DNA of 64,000 nucleotides from assembly GCF_009914755.1 (NCBI RefSeq), contig NC_060930.1; one strand, 5' to 3'. Every line of letters begins with the position of its first letter. The first letter of the stretch is position 1. Positions 1 through 25,816 of the stretch are shown here, piece after piece. The position numbers and the translations under genes are program-made. This DNA is from the human T2T-CHM13v2.0 reference genome, Homo sapiens. Below the pieces are notes generated by a model. It searched no databases, was not told where the DNA came from, and saw only the letters and a program-made list of their open reading frames with translations.

Positions 1-224
1 CCGCCTCCCAGGTTCAAGCGATTCTCCTGCCTCAGCCTCCCGAGTAGCTTGTATTACAGGCATGCGCCACCACACCCAGCTAATTTTGTATTTTTAGTAG
101 AGAGGGGGTTTCTCCATGTTGTTCAGGCTGGTCTCGAACTCCCAACCTCAGGTGATCCGCCTGTCTTGGCCTCTCAAGTGCTGGGATTACAGGGGTGAGC
201 CACCGCGCCCAGCCGGGAGCCCCT

Positions 225-1578
<1,354 letters not shown>

Positions 1579-1621
1579 TAATTGGAGGTTTCATTTTATT
1601 TTTCTTTATTTATTTTTTTGA

Positions 1622-1726
<105 letters not shown>

Positions 1727-1972
1727 TGAGTAGCTGGGAATACAAGCACCCACCACCATGCCCAGCTAATTTTTGTACTTTTAGTAGAGACAAGGTTTTG
1801 CCATGTTGGCCAGGGTGGTCTCAAACTCCTGAGCTCGTGATCTGCCCACCTCAGCCTCCCAAAGTGCTGGGATTACAGGCGTGAGCCACCGTGCCTGGTC
1901 TCTTTCTTTATTTTTTATTTTATTTTTTGACACCAGATCTGCTCTGTTACTCAGGCTAGAGTGCAGTGGCAT

Positions 1973-3377
1973 TGAGAGGTGACAACCTGCTAGCAGCCCT
2001 TGCTTGCTCTTGGCGCCTCCTCGGCCTCGGTGTCTGCTCTGGCCGGGCTCGAGGAGCCCTTCAGCCCACTGCTGTGCTGTGGGGGCCCCTCTCTGGGGCT
2101 GGCTGAGGCCGGAGCCGTCTCCCTCTGCTTGGGGGGAGGTGTGGAGGGAGAGACGCCAGTGGGAACAGGGGCTGCGCGTGGTGCTCCCGGGCCAGTGGTG
2201 TTCCGGGTGGGTGCGGGCTAGGCAGGCCCTGCACTGGGGGCAAGGTTGGCGTCGCCTGCTGGGCTTGATGGGGGGGTGGGGGAGGAGCGCCCTCTGGGCT
2301 GCCGGAGTGCCCCACTAGGCGCGGCAAAGTCCCAGGAGTGCCATTGAGAGGTGAAGCCAGCTGGGCTTCTGGGTCGGGTGGGGACTTGGAGAACTTTTGT
2401 GTCTAGCTAAAGGATTGTAAATGCACCAATCAGCACTCTGTGTCTAGCTAAAGGATTGTAAACGCACCAATCAGCACTCTGTGTCTAGGTAAAGGATTGT
2501 AAACGCACCAATCAGCACTCTGTGTCTAGCTAAAAGTTTGTAAATGCACCAATCACCACTCTGTGTCTAGCTAATCTGGTGGGGATTTAGAGAACTTTTG
2601 TGTCTAGCTAAAGGATTGTAAACTCACCAATCAGCACTCTGTGTCTAGCTAAAGGATTGTAAACACACCAATAAGCACTCTGTCAAAACGGACCAATCAG
2701 CTTTCTGTAAAATGAACCAATCAGCTCTCCGTAAAATGGACCAATCAGCTCTCTGTAAAATAGAACAATCAGCAGGATGTGGGTGGGGCCGGATGGGGGA
2801 ATAAAAGCAGGCCACCCAAGCCAGCGGCGGCAACATGCTCGGGTCCTCTTCCACACTGTAAAAGCTGCTTTGTTCTTTTGCTTTTTGCAGTAAATCTTAG
2901 TGCTCCTCACTCTTTGCGTCTACGCTGCTTTTATGAACTGTTAACACTCACTGTGAAGGTCTGCAGCTTCACTCCTTAAGCCAGCGAGACCACAAACCCA
3001 CTGGGAGGGATAAACAACTCCAGACGGGAGGAACAAACAACTTCGGGTGCACCACCTTTATGAACTGTAGCACTCACTGCGAAGGTCTGCAGCTTCACTC
3101 CTGAGGCCAGCAAGACCACGAACCCACCAGAAGGAACGAACAACTCCAGATATGCCACCTTTAAGGGCTATAACACTCACCGCGGAAGTCTGCAGCTTCA
3201 CTCCTGAAGTCAGTGAGACCATGAACCCACCAGAAGGAAGAAACTCTGGACACATCTGAACATCTGAAGGAACAAACTCTGGACACACCATCTTTAAGAA
3301 CTGTAACACTCACCGCGAGGGTACACGGCTTCATTCTTGAAGTCAGCGAGACTAAGAACCCAACAATTCCGGACACA
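1973..3377 (+). mobile_element. Solo LTR12-family (ERV9/HERV9) LTR
   Basis: TGAGAGGTGAC...AATTCCGGACACA termini. 4-bp TSD GCAT (1969-1972 / 3378-3381). 41-bp CCAAT-containing tandem repeats, AATAAA-type TATA at ~2800, ~80-120-bp U5 repeats. Splits an AluJ. Confidence 0.93.
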
Positions 3378-4993
3378 GCATGATCTTGGTTCACTACAAC
3401 CTGGATCTCCCAGAGTCAAGCAATCCTCTCGTCTCAGTCTCCCAAGTAGCTGGAACTACAGGTGTGTGCCACCATGCCCCACTAATTTTTGTATTTATTG
3501 TAGAGACGGTTTCAGCATGTTGCCCAGGCTGGTCTCCAACTCCTGGACTCAAGTGATCCTCTCCACCTAGGCCTCCCACAGTGCTGGGATTACAGGAATG
3601 AGCCACCACGCCCGGCCTAATTGGAAGTTTTAGAGTGCAGTGGGGATCACGTGCGTAGAGGTTACTGCTGCCTTAATTAAAGGAGACAACATGTTTCATA
3701 AAACTTGGAAATTGTAGAGGGTGTGGGGAACCACTCAAATTCAGAATATCAAAACAGAACTTTATTTTTTGTGTATTTGTTGCCAATCTTTTTCCCTACA
3801 TATGTAATGTTTGTTTGTTTGACATGACTACCATTTCTGTTTTCATAATATGTTTAATACTTTTCCTCCACTTAACAAACATGGCTACGATTTGCCAAGT
3901 TGCTGATCATCCTTTTTTTTTTTTTTCGAGACAGAGTTTCACCCTTGTTGCCCAGGCTGGAGTGCAGTGGCAGATCTCAGCTCACTACAACCTCTGCCTG
4001 CTGGGTTCAAGTGATTCTCCAGCCTCAGCCTCCCAAGTAGCTGGGATTACAGGTACCCGCCACCACTCCTGGCTAACTTTTGTATTTTTAGTAGAGACAG
4101 AGTTTTGTCAGGTTGGCCAGGCTGGTCTCAAACTCCTGACCTCCAGAGATCCACCCGCTTCAGCCTCCCAAAGTGCTGGGATAACAGGCGTGAGCCACTG
4201 AACCTGGCCCAGATCATCCTTTTAAGTGTTCTTTTTCATTTGTAGGTTTAACATTGGCTTTGGGGTGAGAAAGAAACCAAGACTCACCCAGAGTCATAAG
4301 CCCAACAAGAGAATGGGTCTGTCTGGGCTAGCCCTGGGCTACTGGATGAGCAGGGTTGGCCTTTTCATTCTCTGAGTCTTCGTTTCTCTGGCCTTTACAT
4401 TTCTCTGGAGGGACTTTTCATTTTCTCTGGAAACCAACTCCAAGTGCACTTTTCCAGAAGGCATTTTTGTAATGCCTGGTTGGCTGCATGCGACCTCTGG
4501 TTTTCCTCCTTCACCCTTTCCTGCTCAGTCACTGCATTTTCTGTTCTCAAAAGAACCCTCTCATATAGCACGTGCAGAGAGCAGTAGCGAGTCAGGCTGT
4601 CCCGCGGTGTGTGTCCGGACTCCTGTGTGCTCTGGCAGTGGGGCCAGTGGGCTGGGAAGAGTTGCAGGAGAAACCCAGTGGGAGAGAAAGACTCCAACCT
4701 GGGAACCTCGGGGCATCTGGTAGCGCCAGAATGACTTTCCAAAATTTTGGTTGGGGCAGTCACAGGCCCCTGCTCGCCACGGTGGCCTCTGGCAAAGAAA
4801 CACATGTGGGGCAGACAAGAGGGATGCTCGCCAATCTCCTCTGAATTTTGCAACCCTGTGTGTTAAAAACAGGTATTTCTGGTCTTTAAAGACACTTGGA
4901 AAAGACAGACTTGTTGAATACTTAGAAAGGCCAAGCCACAGCCAGAAGCTTGGTGTCTGGGATCCATCATCTCTAAGGTTTTAAAAGCATCTT

Positions 4994-11160
<6,167 letters not shown>

Positions 11161-11300
11161 TCTTCCCTACTTTTTAAACTGTATGTTGCTTTGTAGCAAT
11201 ACATTATGCACATTATAAAGTGTTTTAATTAGAAATTTTAGAAGATATGATAAAGAAAAATAATTTAAATAACAATTTTTATTCAAAATACAAATAATAG

Positions 11301-13845
<2,545 letters not shown>

Positions 13846-14106
13846 TCTTGACTTGACTCAGCAGGACTTTTTCCATGGGTCTAGAGCTAGGTGTGAAGAG
13901 AGTGAGCTCGTGGTGAGAGGAACTTGTTCATCAAAAGGAGTCCATGCCCAGTGGCAGAAGTGGAGAGGTGGGTATGGGACACACAGGGAAGCTGCTCTCT
14001 TCTGTTGTCTGTGGCTTCTGTTGGAGGATGTGCTGTGGGAATGCAAGGAGGAGATGGAAGGAAGGTGTCAATATAGCTTTAACAAAGGAAAAAAAAATGA
14101 AAACAC

Positions 14107-15439
14107 CGAAACCACCCTTGCAAAAATTGTAACAGTGAGAAAATTATGACATTGAAAGATATCCAATCTAACCCAACTCCTTCTTGCCTTTAACCTCCAA
14201 ATTGCACTTAGTCATTCCTGAGCAAAGGCCAAGCTAACTTTGGGAGAAATTTCGTTTACAGTTTAAATGATAATAGCCCTTCCCAAAACTAACCTGTCTT
14301 TGTAAAAATGATGAAAGGCCACCAGGTTAGGGAGGATGAGAGGGGCCTGAATGCAGGCTTAGATAAACAATTACCCGCCATTGTTTCAGAGGTCACAAGA
14401 TTTGTAACTTCCCCAATTAGTCCTGTAAAATGATATCACTGTGGCCTTTTGAGATGTCTTTGCAGTTATTTTTTGTTTTGTTTGCTTTGAGACAAGGTCT
14501 TGCTCTGTCACCAAGGCTGGAGTGCAGTGATCATAGCTCACTGCAGTCTCTATCTCCTGGGCTCAAGTGAACCTTCCACCTCAGCCTTCCAAGTAGCTGG
14601 GACTGCAGGTGCATGCCACCATGCCTGGCCAGTTTTGTTGTTTTTTGGTTCTGGGGTGTTTTTTGCTTGTTTGTTTGTTTTGTTTTTGTATTTTTAGTAG
14701 ACATGATGTCTGGCTCTGTTGTTCAGGCTGGTCTCAAACTCCTGGACTCAAGCGATCCTCCTGCCTCAGCCTCCCAAACTGCTGGGGTTACAGGCACGAG
14801 CCACCTTGCCCAGCTCAGGCTTTTCCATTTTGGAAAACCAGATGACTCCACCCAGATCCAAGACCGGTCCTATGGCCCCACTCAGAAGTGGACTCAGTGC
14901 ACGAGGACCATTTTCCACATCCCTATGATTGCATCCCAATCAATCAGCAGCACCCATTCCCTAGCCACCTGCCCAGCAAACTATCTTTTTTTTTCTTTTT
15001 TTCTTGAGACTCTGTCGCCCAGGCTGTAGTGCAGTGGTGCAATCATGGCTCACAGCAGCTTCAACCTCCCTGGCCCAGCCTCCCAAGTCACTGGGACTAC
15101 AGGTGTACACCACCACACCTGGCTAATTTTTAAATTTTTTGTAGAGATGGTGTCTTGCTGTGTTGTCCAGGCTGATCTCAAACTCAAGGACTCAAGCAAT
15201 CCTCCTACCTCAGACTCGAAAAGTGCTGGGATTACAGGTGTAAGCTGCCATGCCCAACCCAAACTATCTTGAAAAAGCCTTCAAATTTGAGAGGAGGCTG
15301 ATATAAGTAATAATAAGACTTCAGTCTCCTGTTTAACTGGCTCTATGTATATAAAACTCTTTCTCTATTGCAATTCCCCTGTCTTCATAAATTGGCTCTA
15401 TCTGAGCAGCAGGCAAAATGAACCAATTGGGTGGTTACA
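14107..15439 (+). mobile_element. LTR8-family (ERV1) solo LTR interrupted by two antisense AluJ elements
   Basis: Start (C)GAAACCACCCTTGCAAAAATT...AGTGAGAAAATTATGAC, end GGGTGGTTACA; near-TSD ACAC/ACAG; Alus at ~14469-14815 and ~14986-15260 (TSD AAACTATCTT). Confidence 0.7.
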
Positions 15440-15640
15440 ACAGTATCAGCATATACAGTAGAATTGTAATATCCATCATATACCAACTGCAAATTAATTT
15501 TAAAAGATATATTGTTAAAAGCATATAAGTGATATAAGTAATTTACAGAAGAATAAATTCAATTGAACAATAAATATGAAATTATTTTCAACCCCTCCAG
15601 TCATATAGTAAAAGTAAATTAAAACTTTTTTTTTTTTTAG

Positions 15641-15932
<292 letters not shown>

Positions 15933-16044
15933 TAACCTCTTGTTGATAAGAGTGTAAACTTATCACCTTTGGGGGAAGTAATTTAGTACCTATTAATATT
16001 AAACATTTTCATAACCTTTGATTTAGCATTTCCACTTAAATTAG

Positions 16045-16813
16045 TGCCTTAGTTAGTTTGGGCTGCTATAACAACACCACAGCCTGGATGGCTTATAGAC
16101 AACAGAGGTTTATTTTTCACAGTTCTTGGGGCTGGGAAGTTCAGGTATCAAGGCACTGGCAGTTAAGGTGCTTGGTGAAGGTCCTTTTTCTGTTCCCAGT
16201 TCACAGATGTCCCACCTTCATTTTCTTTCTTTTCCTTCTTTTTCTTTCTTTCTTTTTCTCTTTCTCTTTCTTTCTTTCTCTCTGTCTTTCTTCCTTCTTT
16301 CTTCTTTCTTTCTTTTTTTTTTTTTTTTTTAACAGATGAGGGTTTTCTCTGTCACCCAGGTGGCTGGAGTGCAATGGTGTAAGCTTGGCTCACTGCAGCC
16401 TCAACCTCCTGGGCTCAACTGATCTTCCCACCTCAGCCGCCCGAGTAGCTGGGACTACAGGTGCATGCCACCAGGCCCAGCTAAATTTTTGTAATTTTGT
16501 AGAGACGAGGTCTCATTATGTTGCCCAGGCTGGTCTTGAACTCCTGGGCTGAAGCAGTCCTCCCACCTCGGCCTCCCAGATGCTGGGATTACAGACGTGA
16601 GCCACCACACCCGGCCCATCCCACCGCCTTGCTGTGGCAGGGAGAGCAATAGCCTCTCTTCATCTCTTTATAAGGGCACCAATCCCATTATGCCCCCATG
16701 ACTTTATCCAAACCTCATTATAGCCCAGGCCCCACCTCCAAAGACTATCACATTGGGAATTAGAGAGCTTCAACATACAGTTTGAGGGGACTACAAACAT
16801 TCCATTCATGGCA
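16045..16813. mobile_element. MaLR LTR (MLT1A/MST-like) interrupted by an Alu
   Basis: TTAGTTTGGGCTGCTATAACA...CACAGTTCT...GGCTGGGAAGT and TATAAGGGCACCAATCCC...CCCCACCTCCAAA...TCAACAT motifs typical of MLT1A. Confidence 0.6.
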
Positions 16814-17063
16814 ACTAGGAATTTATAGAAACACTCCCTCTAGTGTGCAAAAAAGTAAGTACAAGAATTTTTGGGGTTTTTTTGTTTTTTGTTTTGTTTT
16901 GTTTTGTTTTGTTTTCTGAGACAGGGTCTTGCTGTCACCCAGGCATGGTACAGTAGCATAATCACAGCTCATTGAAGCCTCAACTTCCCAGGCTCAAGCA
17001 ATCCTCCCCGCTCAGCTTCCCGAATAGCTAGGACTATAGGCATACACCACCACACCCAGCTAA

Positions 17064-17342
<279 letters not shown>

Positions 17343-17747
17343 TGAGCCACCGCGCCCAGCCTAATTTTTGTATTTTTTGTAGAGATAGGGTTTCACCATG
17401 TTGCCCAGGCTGGTTTCCAATATCTGGGTTCAAGCAATCTGCCCGCCTCAGCCTCCCAAAGTGCTGGGATTAGAGATGTGAGCCACGGCACCCACCCAAG
17501 AATGTTTTTTTGAGGCATTATGTCTACTAGTGAATAATGGGGGGGGGCCGTGGGGGGAGTACCAGAATAGTTAAAGTAGGCTGTGTATATACAATGAAAT
17601 ATCACAGTATCATTTTGTAAAGATCTATATGTATTGACATGGGAAAATGAGCACATCATAAATAAATAATAAAAGTTGCAGAACAATATAAACTGGAAGA
17701 AACATTTTTTTCAATCTTCCCCTCCATCCATCTTTGCTGATATATAA

Positions 17748-18146
<399 letters not shown>

Positions 18147-18166
18147 TAGAGGGCATTTTTGCTTTC

Positions 18167-18592
18167 TGAGTTAGTCAGGGTTCTCCAGAGAAATAGAATA
18201 TACATACATACGTACATACATACATACTTGCAGAGAGAGAAAGAGAGAGTGTGACTTATTTTAAGGAATTAGTTCACAAAATTGTGGAGGCTTGGTGAGT
18301 CCAAAGTCTGATAGGAGAGCCCAGCAGGCTGGAGACACAGGAAAGAGTTGCAGTTCAAGTCCAAAGGTGGTGTGCTGGAAACTTCTGACCAGAACAAAAG
18401 AGAGAGGACAGCCTTTTGTTCTAACCAGGTCTTCAACTGATTGGATGAAGCCCACCCTCATTACATTTAAAGTTCACCAATTTAAATGTAAATCTCATCC
18501 AAAAACACCTTCACAGAAACATCCAGAATAATGTTTGACTAAATATCTGGACACCATGGCCCAGACAAGTTGACACATAAAATTAAACATCG
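18167..18592 (-). mobile_element. MLT2-type ERVL LTR (reverse orientation)
   Basis: TTAGTCAGGGTTCTCCAGAGAAA...AAGGAATT...GATTGGATGAAGCCCACC...CAAGTTGACACATAAAATTAA. Confidence 0.65.
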
Positions 18593-18791
18593 TAATGAGA
18601 TCTGCTGCTATCTATGAATTTATGTTTCTAGTGTATTTGTAAGGTACATGGATCATTCCTTTATTTCTCTCTCTATATATATAGATATATATATACTTTT
18701 TATAATCATAAATATGTGTATGCATGCATATGTATGTATAAGAAAATATATATACATATAGACATAAAATTATGCATTTGTGCTAGGTACT

Positions 18792-19160
18792 TGTGATGGT
18801 TAATTTTATTTGTCAACTTGGCTAAGCCATGGTATTCAGATATTTGGTCAAACATTGTGGATGGTTTTGTGAGGGTATTTTGGATGTTTCAAATTGGTGC
18901 ATTTTGAATAAAGCAGACTGCCCTCCACAATGTGAGTGGGCCTCATCCAATCATTCAAAGGCCTAAGACAAAAAGACTGAGGTCCCTGAGGAAGAGGGAA
19001 TTCTGCCTCCACACCGCCTTTGGACCTGAGCTGTAACATCAACTCTTTGCTGCTGGCCTGCCTGCTCTGCAGATTTTGGATTTGCCAACCCCTATGATAG
19101 CATGAAACAGTTCTTTCATCTGATTGGTTCTAACTCTCTGGAACACCCTAACTAATACAG
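18792..19160 (+). mobile_element. MLT2-type ERVL LTR (forward orientation)
   Basis: TGTGATGGTTAATTTTATTTGTCAACTTG...GGGCCTCATCCAATCA...CTCTGGAACACCCTAACTAATACA. Confidence 0.65.
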
Positions 19161-19697
19161 TGCTGTTATAGGTACTGAGAATAGAGTGATCAACAGGGAA
19201 GAAAACGTGCTGTCTTGGGGCCTTGCTGGCGGGTGGATGGTAGACACTCAATTGTGTGAGGCTCATTGGCCATAGAGGAACTCATGCAGGAGAAACTCAC
19301 CTTGCCTAGGTTGAAAGGAGGGGAATCAGGCACATATTCCCCTCTGAGGAATATGTCAGCAGAGACTGGATGTGGCAAGACTACAGGTGGCGGGTAGGTG
19401 GGACAGAGTATTCCAGACCAGGGAACAAAAAGGGATAAAAGTCTTGGGGTGGAAAGGACATGTTTGAGAAACAGAAATAAGACCAGGTGCTGGGACCAGG
19501 AGTCCTACACTCATCACACTCAGTTACTCATGGGGTGACTTCAGAAGCCCTAAAAGATTTTGTTTCCCAATTTTTTTTTTTTTTTTGACAAGATCTTGCT
19601 CTGTTGCCCAGGCTAGAGTGCAGTGGCACGATCATAGCTCACAGCAGCCTCAATCTCTCGGGCTCAAGTGATCCACCCACCTCAGCCTCCTGAGTAG

Positions 19698-19967
<270 letters not shown>

Positions 19968-21152
19968 TGATAACGCCCGCCTCAGCCTCCCAAAATGCTG
20001 GGATTACAGGCATGAGCCACTGTGCCTGGCCCAATGCAATTTTAAGATGATTTTATGTATATTGTAGGAGAGAAAAATAGGTAAATATATTAAGAGTATT
20101 AAGAGCCAAGGCTTTCGATTGCCCTGATAAAAGATATACAAATACAAAGTCCAAGAAGAGGGAAAAACCTATAATGTACAATTTGAATTGGAAATACCAA
20201 TATGAATTCATGATTTTTTTTAAACCCTAAATGTGACTTAAAGCGATGACACCTCTGTAGCAACGAGCTCTCCCAGCACTAAAGACCATTCCTCACTAAA
20301 ACGAATCAATGTTCCTTAGAAAGATGGCTGATTTTGGCCGGGTGCAGTGGCTCACGCCTGTAATCCCAGCACTTTGGGAGGCCGAGGCGGGCAGATCACA
20401 AGGTCAGGAGATCGAGACCATCCTGGCGAACACAGTGAGACCCTGTCTCTACTAAAAATACAAAAAAGTAGACAGGCATGGTGGTGGGCACCTGTAGTCC
20501 CAGCTACTTGGGAGGCTGAGGCAGGAGAATGGCATGAACCTGGGGACAGAGCTTGCAGTGCGCTGAGATCACGCCACTGCATTCCAGCCTGGGCGACAGA
20601 GCAAGACTCGGCCTCAAAAAAAAAAAAAAAAAAAAAAAAAGATGGCTGATTTTGGCCAAGTGCAGTGGCTCATGCCTGTAATCCCAGCAATTTGGGAGGC
20701 TAAAGGCAGGCAGATGCAGATCACTTGAGGCCAAGAGTTTGAGACCAGCCTGGCCAACATAATGAAACCCCATCTCTACTAAAAGTACAAAAATTAGCCA
20801 GGCGTAGTGGCAATGCCTATAATCCCAGTTACTCAGGAGGCTGAGGTGGGAGGATCACTTGAACTCTGGAGGCAGAGGTTGCAGTGAGCTGAGATCATGC
20901 CACTACACTTCAGCCTGGGTGACAGAGTGAGACTCTGTCTCAAGAAAAAAAAAGGAAAGAAAGAAAGAAAAAAGAAAAAGAAAAATGGCTGATTCCACAT
21001 CTGGAGCTGGGAAAGTAAAAAAAAATTGTGCCTGGGACATCTAGTTGTGTCAAAAGCAAGCAAGTGCTCACAGAACTTTTGGGGTATGTCAGAATGGATG
21101 TAGGAGTTAGCTTAAAAGGGCTCCCACTGGGGCCCTCTCCCAATCTAGATCA

Positions 21153-21349
<197 letters not shown>

Positions 21350-21588
21350 TTAAAAAAAAAAAAAAAGGCTCCCACTGGACACATAAGGTACAGTTCGAGC
21401 ACAAAAAAATAATGACTGTAACCAATTGTGAAATATTAAATGGATACCTGGCATGGTGTAGTCCCAGCACTTTGAGGCCAAGGCAGGTGGATCACTTGAT
21501 CTCAGGCAACATGGCAAAACCCCATCTCTACAAAAAATACAAAAATCATCTGGGTGTGGTGGCATGCACCTGTGGTCCCAGCTACTCA

Positions 21589-21741
<153 letters not shown>

Positions 21742-22792
21742 TTAAAAAAAGAAAAAAAATAAATTTTCTACCTTTGGAGATTAATATCATACCAATACCT
21801 TATTCTGAAAACTGGTAAAGGGAAATAAGCATTTACCTTGCCTTTTAGAAGGACCCTACTTTGGCCGGGCGCTGTGGCTCATGTCTGTAATCCCAGCACT
21901 TTGGGAGGCTGAGGCAGGTGGATCACTTGAGGTCAGGAGTTTGAGAAGGACCCTACTTTTTCCAGTTGGTGAGAGAAAGCTCCTTCCTAGGTAATTATGC
22001 CCTTATAAATGTAGAAGTGGGAGAATTAGAAAAGCACCTTTTGTAATTTCTGATGAAATAACCAATTCAAGCAAGAATCACTGTAGATGGCGATAAGAGA
22101 AAGTTTTTCAGCGTATACACACAGTGTCAAAGAACCATGCAGACGACTTGCTAATTGCCAAGAGGGAAACATAACCTTTACAGAAAAGATCTGACCGTGT
22201 CCATCCTAACCAAGCAATCATACTTAGCATCACTGCTTGTGGGATGGCTTCATATCATATGCCTTCTGATGTGAGGCAATGTGACATATATAGCAAGTTT
22301 GAGGAATTAGTCCCAAGACTGGGTAACCTGAATCTAACCAAGTAATTGGGGGAAAACCCCTCAAAACTCAGGGAGACAGATGAACACATTAAGTGACATC
22401 AAAGAAACAGTAAGACAAATCTAGAATGTTGAACAGTCTAAAAGACAACTGCCCTAGTATCCTCAAAGATCCAATTCCAAGAAGAAAAAAACTGGATGAT
22501 TGTAGATTAAAAAGAAAGGGGTGAGAAAAGGACATAAAAAAATGCAATGTTGAAACTTGATTGGTTCCTGTTCTGGGAGTTTTTTAAAAGCTATATATTA
22601 AAACATCATGCTATACACCATAAATCTATACAATTTTTATTTGGTAATTATACTTAGGAAAAATTAAATGCTATAAAAGGCATTCAAATTGGAGAAGTTT
22701 AATGCTAGATGACATTAAAAATTATTAACTCATTAAACATGATGATTCTATTATGATTGTGTAAGAGATGTATATGACGTATTTAGGGGTGA

Positions 22793-23925
<1,133 letters not shown>

Positions 23926-24192
23926 TCATGTTCGCTGCAGCACTATTAACCACAGTGAAGTTACATAGTCAAACCGAGTGTTCATCAGCAGATGAATGGA
24001 TAAAGAAAATATGGTATATAGGCCGGGCGCAGTGGCTCAAGCCTGTAATCCCAGCACTTTGGGAGGTCGAGGCAGGCGGATCACGAGGTCAGGATATCGA
24101 GAGCATCCTGGCTAACACGGTGAAACCCCATCTCTACTAAAAGTACAAAAGAATTAGCTGGGCGTGGTGGCAGGCGCCTGTAGTCCCAGCTA

Positions 24193-24300
<108 letters not shown>

Positions 24301-24861
24301 TCAAAAAAAAAAAAAAAAAAGAAAGAAAGAAAGAAAATATGGTATATATACCGTGGAATGCTATTCAGCCTTTAAAAAGAAATTTTGTCATTTGAGACAG
24401 CGTTAATGGAATTGGAGAACATTATGCTGAGTGAAGTAAGCCAGGCACAGAAAGACAAATACTGTATGTTCTCACTTATAAGTGGAATCTAAAACAATCG
24501 AACTTAAAGGAGGAGAGAGCAGAATAGTAGTTACCAGAGGCTGGGGGTCTGGGGTAAATGGGGATATGATGGTTAAAGGTTACAAAGCTTCATTGGACTG
24601 GAAAAATAAGCTTTTCTTTTTCTTTGAGATATACTGCACAGCAAAGTGAATATAGTAAATAATTCTTGGACATTTCATAAGTGTTGAGGGTAAATATCTT
24701 TTTTACATTTTTAACATATTCCCTCCTCTGAATGTAGAGAGTAAATTTCAAACATTCTCACCACAAAAAAAGTAAGTATTTAAAAGTGATAGATGTTGGG
24801 CCGGGTGCAGTGGCTCACGTCTGTAATCCCAGCACTTTGGGAGGTGGAGGTGGGTGGATCA

Positions 24862-25139
<278 letters not shown>

Positions 25140-25586
25140 TCATGAATCATAACATCACTTTGTACGCCATAAATATATACAACTATAATTTGCCAATTTA
25201 CAATTAAAGGTTAAAATTTTTAAAAATAAAAGGTAATGACAACAAAAAAAATGGATAAGTAGACAGAAAAATCGATTAATACAGAAGCTGGCAAAAACTA
25301 GTAAAGCAAATATGGCAAAATGTAGAATTTGTTGAATCTTTCAGTATTTGGGTGTTTATTGTTCTTTTTCTATGTTAGAAATTTTTCAAAATAAAAAGTT
25401 GCAAATGATTTCCATATTATTCTGATTTTTACACAGTAACAGAAAACATTCCTGGCTGCAGCTCATTAATATTTCTTCTTTGTTCTCCTGAGGAATCAAA
25501 AGATTCTCATTTATGATATGTCAAAAGGCACATAAAGAAACATATCCAAACTTTGTTGTCTCTTCATTCAAGTTTGGCTTTAATAT

Positions 25587-25592
25587 TTTATT
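25587..25592 (-). terminator. Candidate GNL1 distal polyadenylation signal AATAAA (long 3' UTR ~4.7 kb)
   Basis: TTTATT on + near the far edge of an Alu-free tract below GNL1; fits my recollection of a long-UTR GNL1 isoform. Confidence 0.5.
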
Positions 25593-25801
25593 AAAAATTT
25601 TTGTATTTGTAAATATTAAAACACTGAAACTTGCTACTGACACAAGAACGACAATGCACTAACAATAAAATCAAAGTAGAAGCTAAACTATTCAGAAGCA
25701 GTAGCAACTCCATGATTCCAAGGTAATTTAAACAGGCAATTTCAGAGTGCTTCAAGATGAAGGCGCAAAGCAGCCTCTCAGCCTGCAGTGATGCTACGAC
25801 A

Positions 25802-25816
25802 CCGGCAGATGGCGCT
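25802..25816 (+). promoter_or_regulatory. Putative CTCF site
   Basis: CCGGCAGATGGCGCT matches the CTCF core CCnnCAGnnGGCGC. Confidence 0.55.

Noticed and set aside
2397-2770. Regularly spaced 41-bp repeats superficially like a CRISPR array
   Set aside because: Head-to-tail tandem units without unique spacers, inside an LTR12 U3 in human DNA.
4230-4980. Unique-looking GC-moderate segment with a 152-aa minus ORF
   Set aside because: No recognisable domain or splice structure; possibly an old ERV fragment, but I cannot assign it.
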